A stretch of DNA of 64,000 nucleotides from a virus, in IMG/VR virus record IMGVR_UViG_3300026382_000012, positions 1 through 64,000 of that record. One strand, given 5' to 3'. Each line of letters starts with the position of its first letter. The first letter of the stretch is position 1. Below, one piece after another: positions 40,417 through 51,095 of this stretch. The notes under the pieces are model-generated. The model was not told the DNA's origin, ran no database searches, and saw nothing but the letters and a program-made list of their open reading frames with translations. The position numbers were made by a program, and so were the translations under genes.

Positions 40417-41159
40417 TAAAGACAAGAAACGATACTTATATTTTAGAAACTAAAAAAGAATTATTATCATTTCTAAAAAAGAACATAAGTAGATTTGAAT
40501 ATATTACAATTGAATATTTATTCGGCATTATGCTAGAAATACTTAATAACACCATAAATTCAGAAGTAATTGATATTTTGTTAAAAATGAGTGAATATAG
40601 CGCAGTAAATAATATTGCATTATATCGTAATAATGAATTGGCTATCAATAATTTAGTTTTTGAAAAATGGAGTATTGATAGTCTCCGCAAGCTTCTTAAA
40701 TATCTTAAACTCGATTACTATGATCCAAAAAAGATTTTTCAACTTGATTGGAAATTTATATTTAGAGATTTGAAAGATCTACTTAATTTCTTAGAGGATT
40801 CATATCTATGTGTTTCAAATACTAATAATAATCATTACATAATCGATCTAAGAAAACATATATCTGAAGATAGTATAATTAGTGTAAATAGTGATACATT
40901 CAAAATTCAAGAAATTGTCTATGGTGAAAAATGGAAAATTATACTCGATGAATTTGGTACGGAGTATTTTTATATAATCGGCGGGCGCGATGATTTTCTA
41001 AACAAAATATCAACACTCCTATGTTCTATACAAAAATTTAATCTAGATATAGTTAAAAAACATATTATTAAATATCTAGCAAAGCAACAAAAAAATACAT
41101 TTACAATTGATATTCTTGATGAGCTTAGTAACTATATTAATATTGTTATGAAATTCTAA
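40407..41159 (+). CDS. Hypothetical protein (C-terminal motif family)
   Basis: Ends LSNYINIVMKF. Confidence 0.7.
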   Translation: MYVVKTRNDTYILETKKELLSFLKKNISRFEYITIEYLFGIMLEILNNTINSEVIDILLKMSEYSAVNNIALYRNNELAINNLVFEKWSIDSLRKLLKYLKLDYYDPKKIFQLDWKFIFRDLKDLLNFLEDSYLCVSNTNNNHYIIDLRKHISEDSIISVNSDTFKIQEIVYGEKWKIILDEFGTEYFYIIGGRDDFLNKISTLLCSIQKFNLDIVKKHIIKYLAKQQKNTFTIDILDELSNYINIVMKF

Positions 41160-41181
41160 CTACTTTAAAGGGGGCGTAAAA

Positions 41182-41481
41182 ATGATTACAGCGTTTATTG
41201 AATTGTTTATTATTGTCAACCTTATCTCATTCGTAGTAACACTTATATTAGAAATAATAGATTACTTACAAAAAGATAAAACAGATAAAGAAGCAATTAA
41301 ATTTGATGAAATTATGAAATATACAGCTAATATTACTAGATGTATTAGTTTTAATAACGAAATTTTAAATAGCATATTAAGAGGTATTGCTGTATTTGTG
41401 TGTCTCTTAATTACGCCCGGAATACTAATTGGTAGTAAATTGGCTAATGCAGTTTACAATAATATGAGTAAAACCAAATAG
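41182..41481 (+). CDS. Small two-TM membrane protein
   Basis: Two hydrophobic helices. Confidence 0.65.
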   Translation: MITAFIELFIIVNLISFVVTLILEIIDYLQKDKTDKEAIKFDEIMKYTANITRCISFNNEILNSILRGIAVFVCLLITPGILIGSKLANAVYNNMSKTK

Positions 41482-41490
41482 GAACACGGT

Positions 41491-42300
41491 ATGTTCGTCA
41501 TAAATAATTTAGATAATTTAATAATAGAGACAAATAACAAACATGCATTATTAAAAATATTAAATAAAATTTTTAATTCTGATTCGATTATTATTAAAGA
41601 TAAAAAGAGAAGATACTACATAAATAATGTTAATCATAAAACTATTAAAGTACTAGAAAAAATATTGGATATCAGATTTAATTTTGAGAACGATATTGAT
41701 ATTTTGGAGATTACAGATAATCTTACATTATTGAAGATAAATCCCATTTGTAATTTTATCATTGATAATTACTTTATAAACAATTTCGATAAAATTTCAA
41801 ATGAAGATATAACCAATTGTCTAAATAATATTGTTAATAGTCAATATGTAACGCCGACGATTTACATTAAAGACATAGTAAAATATACTAGAATAGAAAA
41901 TAAATTAATTGGTAAAAAAGATTATAGCAAAGACTTATATGTAATTTATACAACAAATGATCCCGATATTCTTACATTCATTATAAAATGCATCACAAAA
42001 CATCACCTGAATATAGAAGAATTTATATTTGATCATTATGTATATGCAAATAAAATAATCTTTACAAAATCTATTTTCGAATATTACATCAAACGAGATA
42101 AAAATAATATGCTGAGGCTTCTAAAATACCCAAATATCATTAAACGATACAATAACCAAAAATTTGTGATTAAGATGCGTGATATATTTCCAGTTATGCT
42201 TTTTAATACTATTATGCCGCCGCAATATTGTATAGGAATAATAGATAGCAAAGAAAAATATACAGAAATTATTAACTACTTAAACATAAGTCGTCTATAA
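41491..42300 (+). CDS. Hypothetical protein, paralog of 42331..43194 (C-terminal motif family)
   Basis: Shared YVTPxIYI, EEFIFxHYVY, IGIID; ends IINYLNISRL. Confidence 0.75.
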   Translation: MFVINNLDNLIIETNNKHALLKILNKIFNSDSIIIKDKKRRYYINNVNHKTIKVLEKILDIRFNFENDIDILEITDNLTLLKINPICNFIIDNYFINNFDKISNEDITNCLNNIVNSQYVTPTIYIKDIVKYTRIENKLIGKKDYSKDLYVIYTTNDPDILTFIIKCITKHHLNIEEFIFDHYVYANKIIFTKSIFEYYIKRDKNNMLRLLKYPNIIKRYNNQKFVIKMRDIFPVMLFNTIMPPQYCIGIIDSKEKYTEIINYLNISRL

Positions 42301-42330
42301 AATCTAAAAACTACTTCAAAGGAGTACGAA

Positions 42331-43194
42331 ATGTACCAAATAATTACAACTAACGGAAAACAAACAAACTGCATAGCCATTGAAAATAAAGAAGATTTAT
42401 ATAAATTACTACATACCTTAACAATTAGTTCATATCAAATAAAAGACTTAAAACAAAATATAACATGTTACATCTGCAATGTTAATGTAGTTAAAACAGA
42501 TTACACAATCAAAATATTAGATAAAATATTTCAAGATACCAAGTTAAGTAGTAAATATAAACTATTCAGACTAGGACATGTCGATCAATATACATTTCTT
42601 GATATTATAGATGAAAAGTATAGTCATGAATATATATGCACAATAGACAGTTTGTATAATTGGAAAATGAGATTTATTATCGATGAAGAATTCTTTAATA
42701 AGGATACAATAGCAGAATATATTTACAAAATAGATGAAGAATCCTATGTAACACCAGTCATTTATATTAGCGATATAGAAAAATATATTGACTCCAGCAG
42801 TAAAATGGTATTAGATGATAAAGTTATATACGCCGCTAATAATATCAGCATTATTAAAAATTTGATAAAATTAAAATATGATAAAGTTAAGCGGCTTTAC
42901 TTGGAAGAATTCATATTTAATCATTATGTATATTTGAACGGGATAATATTTGCTAAAGATTTCTTTGAAGATATCATAATAAATGAAAATGCGCTAGATG
43001 ATCTAAAGATGATATTAACTTGTGCTAAAGATATTAAGAAATACTTTGATCAAAATAATATAGTTGTTACTACTAATATCGCGCCGGTTTTCTTCTTTTC
43101 AGCACTTAAACCACTAAAATATACTATTGGTATAATAGATAACATGGAAAAATATAATCAGTTAATCAATCACGCAAAACTAAGAATGCTATAA
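42331..43194 (+). CDS. Hypothetical protein, paralog of 41491..42300 (C-terminal motif family)
   Basis: Ends LINHAKLRML. Confidence 0.75.
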   Translation: MYQIITTNGKQTNCIAIENKEDLYKLLHTLTISSYQIKDLKQNITCYICNVNVVKTDYTIKILDKIFQDTKLSSKYKLFRLGHVDQYTFLDIIDEKYSHEYICTIDSLYNWKMRFIIDEEFFNKDTIAEYIYKIDEESYVTPVIYISDIEKYIDSSSKMVLDDKVIYAANNISIIKNLIKLKYDKVKRLYLEEFIFNHYVYLNGIIFAKDFFEDIIINENALDDLKMILTCAKDIKKYFDQNNIVVTTNIAPVFFFSALKPLKYTIGIIDNMEKYNQLINHAKLRML

Positions 43195-43209
43195 AATTAT
43201 CCAGCTTTC

Positions 43210-43223
43210 ATATAGATATTATT
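43210..43223 (+). promoter_or_regulatory. Putative phage promoter ATATAGATATTAT
   Basis: Exact intergenic copy; variant at 43926. Confidence 0.5.
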
Positions 43224-43351
43224 TAGAAAAAATATAAGGGAGGTCACGTTGGCAGGTATAATCTTCTTGAGGTAAATTGTGACTGTCTATAAACAATAAA
43301 TGTTATATCTTATCCTATCTTATTTTTACAAACTACTTTAAGGAGGTTAAA

Positions 43352-43879
43352 ATGAAAAAGTACAAGGTTTTGATTGAGTTTAACAGGTATAATGAAGAAG
43401 GCAAATTTGAAGGGCATTCCAATAAATTACTTATTGTGGAAGCAAATGATATTGATGAAATTGATGAAGATTTTATTAGAGAAAATCTTGGATTTGAATT
43501 TGATTTTGATATAGTTATAGTATGCGAATATGATAAATATACTGATGATGAAATTTATGATATTTATTTCGATTTGTGTATGTGTACAAGATTTTATGAG
43601 AAATATGATAAGCCGATTGTTTATAAGAAAAATTCAATTGGATATTATTTGAAACCGGGTGCGTTAAAGAATATAGAGCCCGATATGATTATCATATATG
43701 TTAATGATAGAATTAAGATAGTCAATCCAAATATGACGTTCTCTGAATTGGATAGATATATTCAAAAGAAATTCAATGATGAAATGAAAGATATTAAAAT
43801 CTATTACGTATTCAATAAAAATGTTGAGTCTGATGATGATATTATATGTATTGATGAATGGGCTAGATATGTAAATTAA
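43352..43879 (+). CDS. Acidic hypothetical protein
   Basis: ORF after element/SD. Confidence 0.65.
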   Translation: MKKYKVLIEFNRYNEEGKFEGHSNKLLIVEANDIDEIDEDFIRENLGFEFDFDIVIVCEYDKYTDDEIYDIYFDLCMCTRFYEKYDKPIVYKKNSIGYYLKPGALKNIEPDMIIIYVNDRIKIVNPNMTFSELDRYIQKKFNDEMKDIKIYYVFNKNVESDDDIICIDEWARYVN

Positions 43880-43880
43880 T

Positions 43881-43905
43881 TGGGGTTTCGTGCCCCATTT
43901 CTTTC
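43881..43905 (+). terminator. Probable intrinsic terminator
   Basis: TGGGG-TTTCGTG-CCCCA-TTTCTTT. Confidence 0.55.
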
Positions 43906-43934
43906 TTAATATTTTTAGAGGATAGATATAGATA

Positions 43935-44714
43935 TTGTTGGAAGGTGATAGAATGACGAACAAACTTTCATTACTAAACGATAATTTATTCTTTAATAAT
44001 AATCAAATAGTCAAATCACAAAACCAAATATATGGCATTATTAAATTATTAGAATCAGTGCCCGGGGAAGTTATCCTACCAAATAAAAAATACATTAAAC
44101 TAATAAACACTATATATGGATATCATTATAAAACTAACTTAGATGTTGATGATCTAATAGAGCTAAGTGATTACATCGAATATAAAGCAAAAATGACTTC
44201 CTTATTAGAAACAATTGAATGCTATCCTAACATCATTTTTACACCAAATAATGTTATTATTAATCTAGAATATAACGAATCGATAGCATTTACAATAAAA
44301 ATTAGTCATTATTCAAATAAATCTAATAAATTAAATGTTATTCTTGAGGATGAACGTTTCGATGAATTTAGATGCAATTATTATAACATAAATATATATT
44401 GCTCATATCTAAACTATGAAATCGGCAAAGAATATTCTAGAAAAATTTATTCTAAGTTTAAAATATTAATTAATGCTTTTGAAGATCTAGATATCAGAAT
44501 TTCTGTATTATTATCAAAATCAATATTCTATGTACTAATTAAACATTTTGATGTAATAGGTTCGTTTGCGAGAGTTTTTGAATATGGTGATTTAGAAAAT
44601 AATAACTTTGAGCATAAGATGATTGAAATGTTGAGCGGGATAAAAAACAAAGATATTAAAGAATTAATTACAAATACGGCACGATTAAAACATCTTCAAT
44701 TAAAGCATTTTTAA
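43935..44714 (+). CDS. Hypothetical protein (C-terminal motif family)
   Basis: Ends ITNTARLKHL-QLKHF; start probably ATG 43953. Confidence 0.7.
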   Translation: MLEGDRMTNKLSLLNDNLFFNNNQIVKSQNQIYGIIKLLESVPGEVILPNKKYIKLINTIYGYHYKTNLDVDDLIELSDYIEYKAKMTSLLETIECYPNIIFTPNNVIINLEYNESIAFTIKISHYSNKSNKLNVILEDERFDEFRCNYYNINIYCSYLNYEIGKEYSRKIYSKFKILINAFEDLDIRISVLLSKSIFYVLIKHFDVIGSFARVFEYGDLENNNFEHKMIEMLSGIKNKDIKELITNTARLKHLQLKHF

Positions 44715-44723
44715 AGGAATATC

Positions 44724-45377
44724 ATGCCAGGAATAATCAAAGTTTTAGAAATAACTAAAAAGAAAAATCGAATACAAAGAACACTAACAGAATTAATAGT
44801 TCCAAATAAATTAATACTTGCAAATACTAGAGGTATAGCATTATTAGATAAAACAGATAATGATGAACAATTAGAAATAAATTATATTCATATTCTTCAT
44901 TATAATATTCAGGAACTAATGAAATACTTTATAGAAAATTCAAGGAAATTATCACATTTATTAAATCTTATAAAATTATTTATAGAAACTAACTGTTGCT
45001 TAACAATATGCCATAAAAAGAACAGCCCTATAAAAATTGATTTTTCTGTATATAATAGTACGTTAATATTTTCAAGCTATAAAGAATTAAATAATTTCAT
45101 TAAAAATAATGTATTTTATGAAAATATAGAACCAAGTTCCATTAATTTAATTACTTTCGAAGGTAAAAAAAATAGGCTAAATGAAATAAGAAATAAGTTG
45201 GCTAAAATAATTAATATATTAGATCTTGACATATTATACATGACTAATAAGTATGAATTAATAGATATTGATTATAGAACAGATGAAGAAATCATTAATA
45301 TGTTTTTATGGTATCTGCATATAAACGGTAAACAATATGATACTATTAAAAATTTAATTACGTTAGAACATTTTTAA
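44724..45377 (+). CDS. Hypothetical protein (C-terminal motif family)
   Basis: Ends IKNLITLEHF. Confidence 0.7.
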   Translation: MPGIIKVLEITKKKNRIQRTLTELIVPNKLILANTRGIALLDKTDNDEQLEINYIHILHYNIQELMKYFIENSRKLSHLLNLIKLFIETNCCLTICHKKNSPIKIDFSVYNSTLIFSSYKELNNFIKNNVFYENIEPSSINLITFEGKKNRLNEIRNKLAKIINILDLDILYMTNKYELIDIDYRTDEEIINMFLWYLHINGKQYDTIKNLITLEHF

Positions 45378-45877
45378 AGGAAATTTATTATGTGGAAAGA
45401 AGTAATAACGGCCGGCGTAATTTTGGATAAAAAATTGCAAAAATTTAAAGAACTACATAATAAACTATCCTACATAACAAAGTACGATATTGATGAATTA
45501 TATATATGCACTAAAAATTGTTCATTTATAGTTTCTAAATTTAAAAATTATTATTTTAGATTATTTATTCTTGACTCGGAAAATTTTGATTATGCAACAT
45601 TAGAACATTTATGGGATACTACAATGCATATTATCAGAAATAAGTTTAGAAATATAAAAAATGTGTACTATATCAATTTTAAGTATACAATAAATAATGT
45701 AGATATCGAAATTATGACTAAAAGAAATCACAATATAATTTACTTAAACAACATACATAACAAACATAGTAGTTTACATTTTATCTGTGATAAAAATGAT
45801 GAAATAATAAACCTCTTGTTTGCTAGTTTTTATAAATCTATCTAACGAAATTTAATTAATGCTAAGGAGGATTTATC

Positions 45878-46522
45878 ATGTCTAATAAATACTACACAAC
45901 TAAGGAATTTATGCAAATTACCAAAATACCGAAATCTACTCTTTATAAGTATATAAAAGAAGGTAAAATAACACCTTATAAATTACCAAATAAACAATAT
46001 AGATTTACAGATGAACACATAGAACAAATATTAAATATACATAAAAATATAGCTGATAATCATATGAAACTTAATATTATTTATGCGAGAGTTTCAAGTC
46101 AAACGCAGAAAAAATATATACAAAATCAAATTAAGTACTGCAAAGAATTTTGTATAAAGAACGGAATAATTATTAATGATATTATATACGATATTTCATC
46201 CTCATTTAATTTTAATCGGCCCGGATTATTAAAAATCTTAAAATTATTAAAAGAAAATAAAATCAATAATTTAATAGTATACAGTAAAGATCGTTTAACA
46301 AGATTAGCTTTTGATTTGTTTGATAATCTATTCAAAATATATAATGCGAATATAATTGTAATTGACAATTCAGATATTCCTATAGATGAATTAGATAGAA
46401 AAGATTTAATTGACGAGTTAGTATCATTTATTCATTATATAACTTCTAAAATATATGGAAAACGAAAATATACTAAAAGCAAATTGAAGGAGATAATCAA
46501 TGAAGAAATTAAGAAGAGTTAA
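45878..46522 (+). CDS. tnpA: IS607 TnpA serine recombinase
   Basis: N-terminal MerR-like HTH, YARVSS, DRLTR, KIYGKR. Confidence 0.93.
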   Translation: MSNKYYTTKEFMQITKIPKSTLYKYIKEGKITPYKLPNKQYRFTDEHIEQILNIHKNIADNHMKLNIIYARVSSQTQKKYIQNQIKYCKEFCIKNGIIINDIIYDISSSFNFNRPGLLKILKLLKENKINNLIVYSKDRLTRLAFDLFDNLFKIYNANIIVIDNSDIPIDELDRKDLIDELVSFIHYITSKIYGKRKYTKSKLKEIINEEIKKS

Positions 46523-47816
46523 GCAAATTTTTAAAACAAAGAAATCGCTATATCATAAAGTTGAAAAAATTATGTGTTCATTTAACATAATTAAAAATGA
46601 AATGTATAATCTTGTTAATTATTATTATGATAAAACAGGTGATATTAAACCTTTTATAACTGGTAGAAATTTATATTACATAATTACTGGAAATAAAACA
46701 CTACCATATCATGATCAAAACATACAACAAATATTAAACAATATACGAAATGCACAAATAATAAATCAAAAAGTAAAAACTGATATTATTAATATTGCAT
46801 GTGAAATAATTAGGCGCGAATTGAAATCTGTCGTAGGTAAATGGAAGAAAGGTCAAAAGGCTTCCTTGCCAAAACAAAAGAATTTTAATGATTTATTTAC
46901 GTATTCATTAGAAATACCAAAACGAATGATTAAGGATTTAAGAAAAAGAAAGAGAAAACCTGAAAATGCAATATTAATTACTATTCAAAAAGGCATTTAT
47001 ATTAAACTTAAAATTGATAAAAAATTTCCAAATATTAATTGCATAACAATTATCTGGAAAAGAGATATTGGTGTATACTTTAATATTATTTATGAAATAA
47101 ATCAAGAAGATATTGCATTAAATAAAGATAATTGGATATCAATTGATTTAGGAATTAATAACTTCGCATCAATAGTTTCAAATCATATAGATTCTATTAT
47201 TATCTCAGGCAAAAATTTGAAATCTTTTAATCAATGGTATAACAAATTATATGCTAAATTACAAACAAAAGGTAATGATAAATTGAGAAGAATATTAACT
47301 GATTATCGTAAACGAAGAATTAAGATGTTTTATCATAATACTGCAAATAAGATTATAGATATCTGTTTGGATAATAATATAGGTAAAATTATAATAGGCA
47401 ATCCAACTACATTGTTTCAGAAAAAATCTAAATATTCTAAGAAATCAAACCAAAATATTAGAATGGTAAATTTAGGAAAATTTATTAATATTTTAAGATA
47501 TAAATGCGAACAATTTGGTATAGAATTTCATATTGTATCTGAAAATTATACATCTGTTTTGTCATCAATTACCGAAAATATCACAACATTTACATATGAA
47601 TATCTAAAATCGATATATAGCAAACTCAAGAAAAATCGTATTAAAAGAGGTCTTTTTAAAGACCATAAAATTAATAAAGTTTTTAATGCAGATTTAAATG
47701 GCGCATTAAATATAGCTAAACAAATAATAACAAATTTACATAAATTAATTCAAGAACAATTAGATATATACATTGATAAAATTTCTAGGGCAAATAAATT
47801 AGTAATATATTTTTAA
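46500..47816 (+). CDS. tnpB: TnpB RNA-guided nuclease (IS607 type)
   Basis: SIDLG, LRYK, SENYTS, NADLNGALNI. Confidence 0.92.
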   Translation: MKKLRRVKQIFKTKKSLYHKVEKIMCSFNIIKNEMYNLVNYYYDKTGDIKPFITGRNLYYIITGNKTLPYHDQNIQQILNNIRNAQIINQKVKTDIINIACEIIRRELKSVVGKWKKGQKASLPKQKNFNDLFTYSLEIPKRMIKDLRKRKRKPENAILITIQKGIYIKLKIDKKFPNINCITIIWKRDIGVYFNIIYEINQEDIALNKDNWISIDLGINNFASIVSNHIDSIIISGKNLKSFNQWYNKLYAKLQTKGNDKLRRILTDYRKRRIKMFYHNTANKIIDICLDNNIGKIIIGNPTTLFQKKSKYSKKSNQNIRMVNLGKFINILRYKCEQFGIEFHIVSENYTSVLSSITENITTFTYEYLKSIYSKLKKNRIKRGLFKDHKINKVFNADLNGALNIAKQIITNLHKLIQEQLDIYIDKISRANKLVIYF

Positions 47817-47940
47817 CAAGTATTCCGTGAGTCCTTTAATAGGATAGCGGATAGTAATGCCTAGTATTGGTTAATTATAACCAATACTAGAGACACCTAG
47901 TTAGGAATTAAAGAACTAGGTACACTTATTGTTAATCACA
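47817..47940 (+). ncRNA. Predicted omegaRNA of element 2
   Basis: TATTCCGT..TCCT/AGGA..GCGGATA covaries with element 1; further hairpins CTAGTATTGGTTA/TAACCAATACTAG and ACCTAGTT/AACTAGGT. Confidence 0.6.
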
Positions 47941-48263
47941 ATGATCCTGATATATTAAAAATAGTTGAAGAAATAACTGAAAAGTACATAGAACCATACT
48001 TAATCAAACTTTTTAATTCAACAAATACAGAAAAATTTGGCTTTTTGGTTGATTCAAAGAATTATATTGATTATTATTTTATCGCGCGCGGTAAAATATT
48101 TGATGATTTCTACCGCGCTATTTATGAATTATCAAATATCAAAAACATCTTAAATATTAAATTTGAGGAGTTTAAAAATTTTCTGAAATTAATCCCTTTA
48201 ATCTAAAATTAATATATTGAATCAATTTTTCAATTGTAAAGCAACAAATTACGGGCATGGTGT

Positions 48264-48902
48264 ATGTTAAAGGAAGTAATCGCGGGCGATTTTATACTAG
48301 ACGAAATAAATAAAAAAGAACTACAAAATCTAGAATTTAAGATAACACAAATTACAGCAATATACGACATAAACAAATATCATATCAAATCTAACGACTG
48401 TAAATTTATTATTACAAAAATTGATTTAAATAGTATTAGACTATTTGTTCAGTCTGATGCTGACTATAAAATGATAAATCGGTTATGGAATACAACTGCT
48501 GGAATTATTAAAAAGTATTTTTGGGATATCTGCAATGTAGAAAGTCTCAAGATAGAGTATTTATTAAATGGTGCGCGTATTGAACTTTCATTTAAAAGTA
48601 AACTTAAACTTACAATAGATAATGTATACGAGAAATGCGCTGAGCCTCAAATTGTATGTAATAATGATGATGAATCAAAACAAATATGCAAAAAACTCCT
48701 TGATAAATTTCCACAAATCAATTTTATTATACAATCAGACAATGATGTATTTTACTTTTATTGGAAAAACGCCGGGTGGTTTTACATAGATAGAACTAGT
48801 TTATGCAATAATATAAGTGCTATATATTATAGCATGTTATCTGATATGCGCGCAGAAATTGTAGAAGAGGTAATAAACTATGCTTCAATCCTGCTATTAT
48901 AG
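48264..48902 (+). CDS. Hypothetical protein (C-terminal motif family)
   Basis: Paralog of 45390 (KEVI, RLF, LWxTT); ends VINYASILLL. Confidence 0.72.
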   Translation: MLKEVIAGDFILDEINKKELQNLEFKITQITAIYDINKYHIKSNDCKFIITKIDLNSIRLFVQSDADYKMINRLWNTTAGIIKKYFWDICNVESLKIEYLLNGARIELSFKSKLKLTIDNVYEKCAEPQIVCNNDDESKQICKKLLDKFPQINFIIQSDNDVFYFYWKNAGWFYIDRTSLCNNISAIYYSMLSDMRAEIVEEVINYASILLL

Positions 48903-48981
48903 TACTTATCAAAACCCACATATTGTCGCTAAGTATATAAATTTAAGATCAGATCCTACTACTTTTGTCAGCCATAATAAT

Positions 48982-49110
48982 ATGATCAAAATACCATCCA
49001 TCCTCCTAATCTCCTACTCAATAATAATCTAACATAATACTTTGAGTAGGATTTCGGAGGACAAAGTAACTACCGTCCCAGGCCCTATATCAGGTTCCTG
49101 GTTGCTTTTA
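48982..49110 (-). ncRNA. Predicted omegaRNA of element 3
   Basis: GTCCTCC..TCCTACTCAA/TTGAGTAGGA..GGAGGAT stem, homologous to element 1. Confidence 0.6.
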
Positions 49111-50485
49111 ATTCATTAACAATAAGTGAAATATTAGATTGTGTTAAAGTTGTTATATTAAACTTAATTGGATTTGCTAATTTAATTAATTTTAGTTTAT
49201 CAGAAAAATTTTTAAATGCGTTTTTATAAACGCATCTGATTATGTTAAATGCACCATTAATATCAGCATTCCATATTTTATTGATTTTAGGATCGAAATA
49301 AGAACCTCTGCCGTATTTACGATATATATGTTTTTCATATATTTTATTAGTAATTGCAGATTTAGCACTAGTGTAATACTCTTCAACTATAGTTACTTTA
49401 ATACCATATTTTTCACCTTTATATTTCAATTGATTTATTAAAACCGAAAATGGTATTGAATAAAAATTCTGGTTATTTCTACTGCCAAGATTAATATTTT
49501 GTTTAGCAGAAGGCAAATCACCTATTATTATTTCATTTATTCCGTATTGTTTACATATTTGAATAATTTTATTTGTAATCTGATGAAATACACTCTTAAT
49601 TCTTCTATTTCTATATGCAAATAATTTGCGATACATATAAATTAAGTCTTTCTTTTTATCTTTATCAGTTTCCAAATCTATTTTACTTCGTAATTTGGCT
49701 AAATGTTTATTTGCCCACTGATTGAAAGATTTAATTTCATTACCGGAAATTATAAAACTTTTTAAATTAGGATTATTACTTATTGCAGAAATCAAATTAC
49801 TAATACCTAAATCTATACCTAATTTGTAATTTCCAGTAACATTTTCAAATTCTGATAAATCAACTTCATAATAAATATCCAAATAAATATCAGTTAAAGA
49901 CATTCTAATACCAAATGTTTTTATATTATTTGGATCTATATACTTTAGTTTACTAAATTTGATATTAAAATGTAGATTTTTATCTTTTGTAGGTTTAATC
50001 AAATAAGTATTATCATCAATAAGTTTGAATTGCCTATGACAAAGTATATAATTTACATTGATTATTTTATCAAGCTTTTTAGGACGAGGTATACCAGGTT
50101 TATTTTCTATTTTACCATTTTTATACTTTTTAAGCAATGCAAAATAACTTTTATATTCTTTATCTACTTGTTTATTGGTAGCTTGGAAAAAATCACTGCC
50201 ATTATGTTTGTAAATATTTTGGATATTATTTATAATATTTATTAGTGATGAATCTAATTGAATTAACTGATCGATTAACTCTTTATCTCTACAATTTGCA
50301 ATCTTATCTCGTTGTTTTAAATCGAGATATTTAGATGTTAATTCAAAATATTTATTTATAAGTATGTAAAGTAAGTTTTTAAGATGTTGAAATCTTAATA
50401 AAGAAGAGCGGGCGATCTTTTTCTTATCACCCCGCAATCTAACAGATAAAACATACTTAACTTTCTTTTTCTTCAATTCCGACAT
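49085..50485 (-). CDS. tnpB: TnpB RNA-guided nuclease (IS607 type)
   Basis: GIDLG, LKYK, EEYYTS, NADINGAFNI. Confidence 0.92.
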   Translation of the reverse strand: MSELKKKKVKYVLSVRLRGDKKKIARSSLLRFQHLKNLLYILINKYFELTSKYLDLKQRDKIANCRDKELIDQLIQLDSSLINIINNIQNIYKHNGSDFFQATNKQVDKEYKSYFALLKKYKNGKIENKPGIPRPKKLDKIINVNYILCHRQFKLIDDNTYLIKPTKDKNLHFNIKFSKLKYIDPNNIKTFGIRMSLTDIYLDIYYEVDLSEFENVTGNYKLGIDLGISNLISAISNNPNLKSFIISGNEIKSFNQWANKHLAKLRSKIDLETDKDKKKDLIYMYRKLFAYRNRRIKSVFHQITNKIIQICKQYGINEIIIGDLPSAKQNINLGSRNNQNFYSIPFSVLINQLKYKGEKYGIKVTIVEEYYTSAKSAITNKIYEKHIYRKYGRGSYFDPKINKIWNADINGAFNIIRCVYKNAFKNFSDKLKLIKLANPIKFNITTLTQSNISLIVNELKATRNLI

Positions 50486-51095
50486 CTTTTAATACCTCAT
50501 CTTTTAATTTTTTAATTTTTCTATAATTTCGTGTACCGTAAATCTTCATAGCATAAAGATGTATTATACGTACTAATTCTTCTACAATATCTTGTACTCT
50601 GTCATATTTAATACTATCTTGATTTATAACTACCAATTCAATACCTAATATATCAAATAATGTTTTAAATAAATCAAAACCAATTCTAGCTAATCTGTCT
50701 TTATCAGCAATAACAATTCTTTTCGGTTTATAAATATAACATGTTTTTAGTAATTCTTTTAATCCTTTTCTATTAAAATTAACAGATGAACCAATATCTT
50801 TAATTATTTTAGATATTTGCCAACCATTAGCAATGCAATATTTTTCACAATATTCAATTTGATTTTCTAGATTATTCTTTTGTTTAGTTGTTGAAACTCT
50901 ACAATAAATAATTGTATCGTAATTTTCTGATATATCTTTCTTTATTTTACCTAATTTATATAGTGTTTTTAAATGTTCATCTGTATATCTTCTTTTGCCA
51001 CCAGGCGTACGCAATGGATTAAGAATATTATCATAACGACGCAAAGTTGAAATGCTTAGACCAGTTAATTTAGAAAATTCTTTTATATTATACAT
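50457..51095 (-). CDS. tnpA: IS607 TnpA serine recombinase
   Basis: HTH, RTPGGKRRY, YCRVST, DRLAR, KIYGTR. Confidence 0.93.
   Translation of the reverse strand: MYNIKEFSKLTGLSISTLRRYDNILNPLRTPGGKRRYTDEHLKTLYKLGKIKKDISENYDTIIYCRVSTTKQKNNLENQIEYCEKYCIANGWQISKIIKDIGSSVNFNRKGLKELLKTCYIYKPKRIVIADKDRLARIGFDLFKTLFDILGIELVVINQDSIKYDRVQDIVEELVRIIHLYAMKIYGTRNYRKIKKLKDEVLKDVGIEEKES

Larger units (their letters stand above)
45771..47921 (+). mobile_element. IS607-family element 2
   Basis: tnpA plus tnpB plus hairpin-rich right end; ends inferred from the interrupted gene. Confidence 0.85.
45390..48206 (+). pseudogene. Paralog of 48264..48902 interrupted by IS607 element 2 (pieces 45390..45770 and 47922..48206)
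   Basis: Joining at the shared GTA gives in-frame ...NKHS|TLIVNHNDPD...FKNFLKLIPLI (221 aa), collinear with the 212-aa paralog. Confidence 0.7.
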
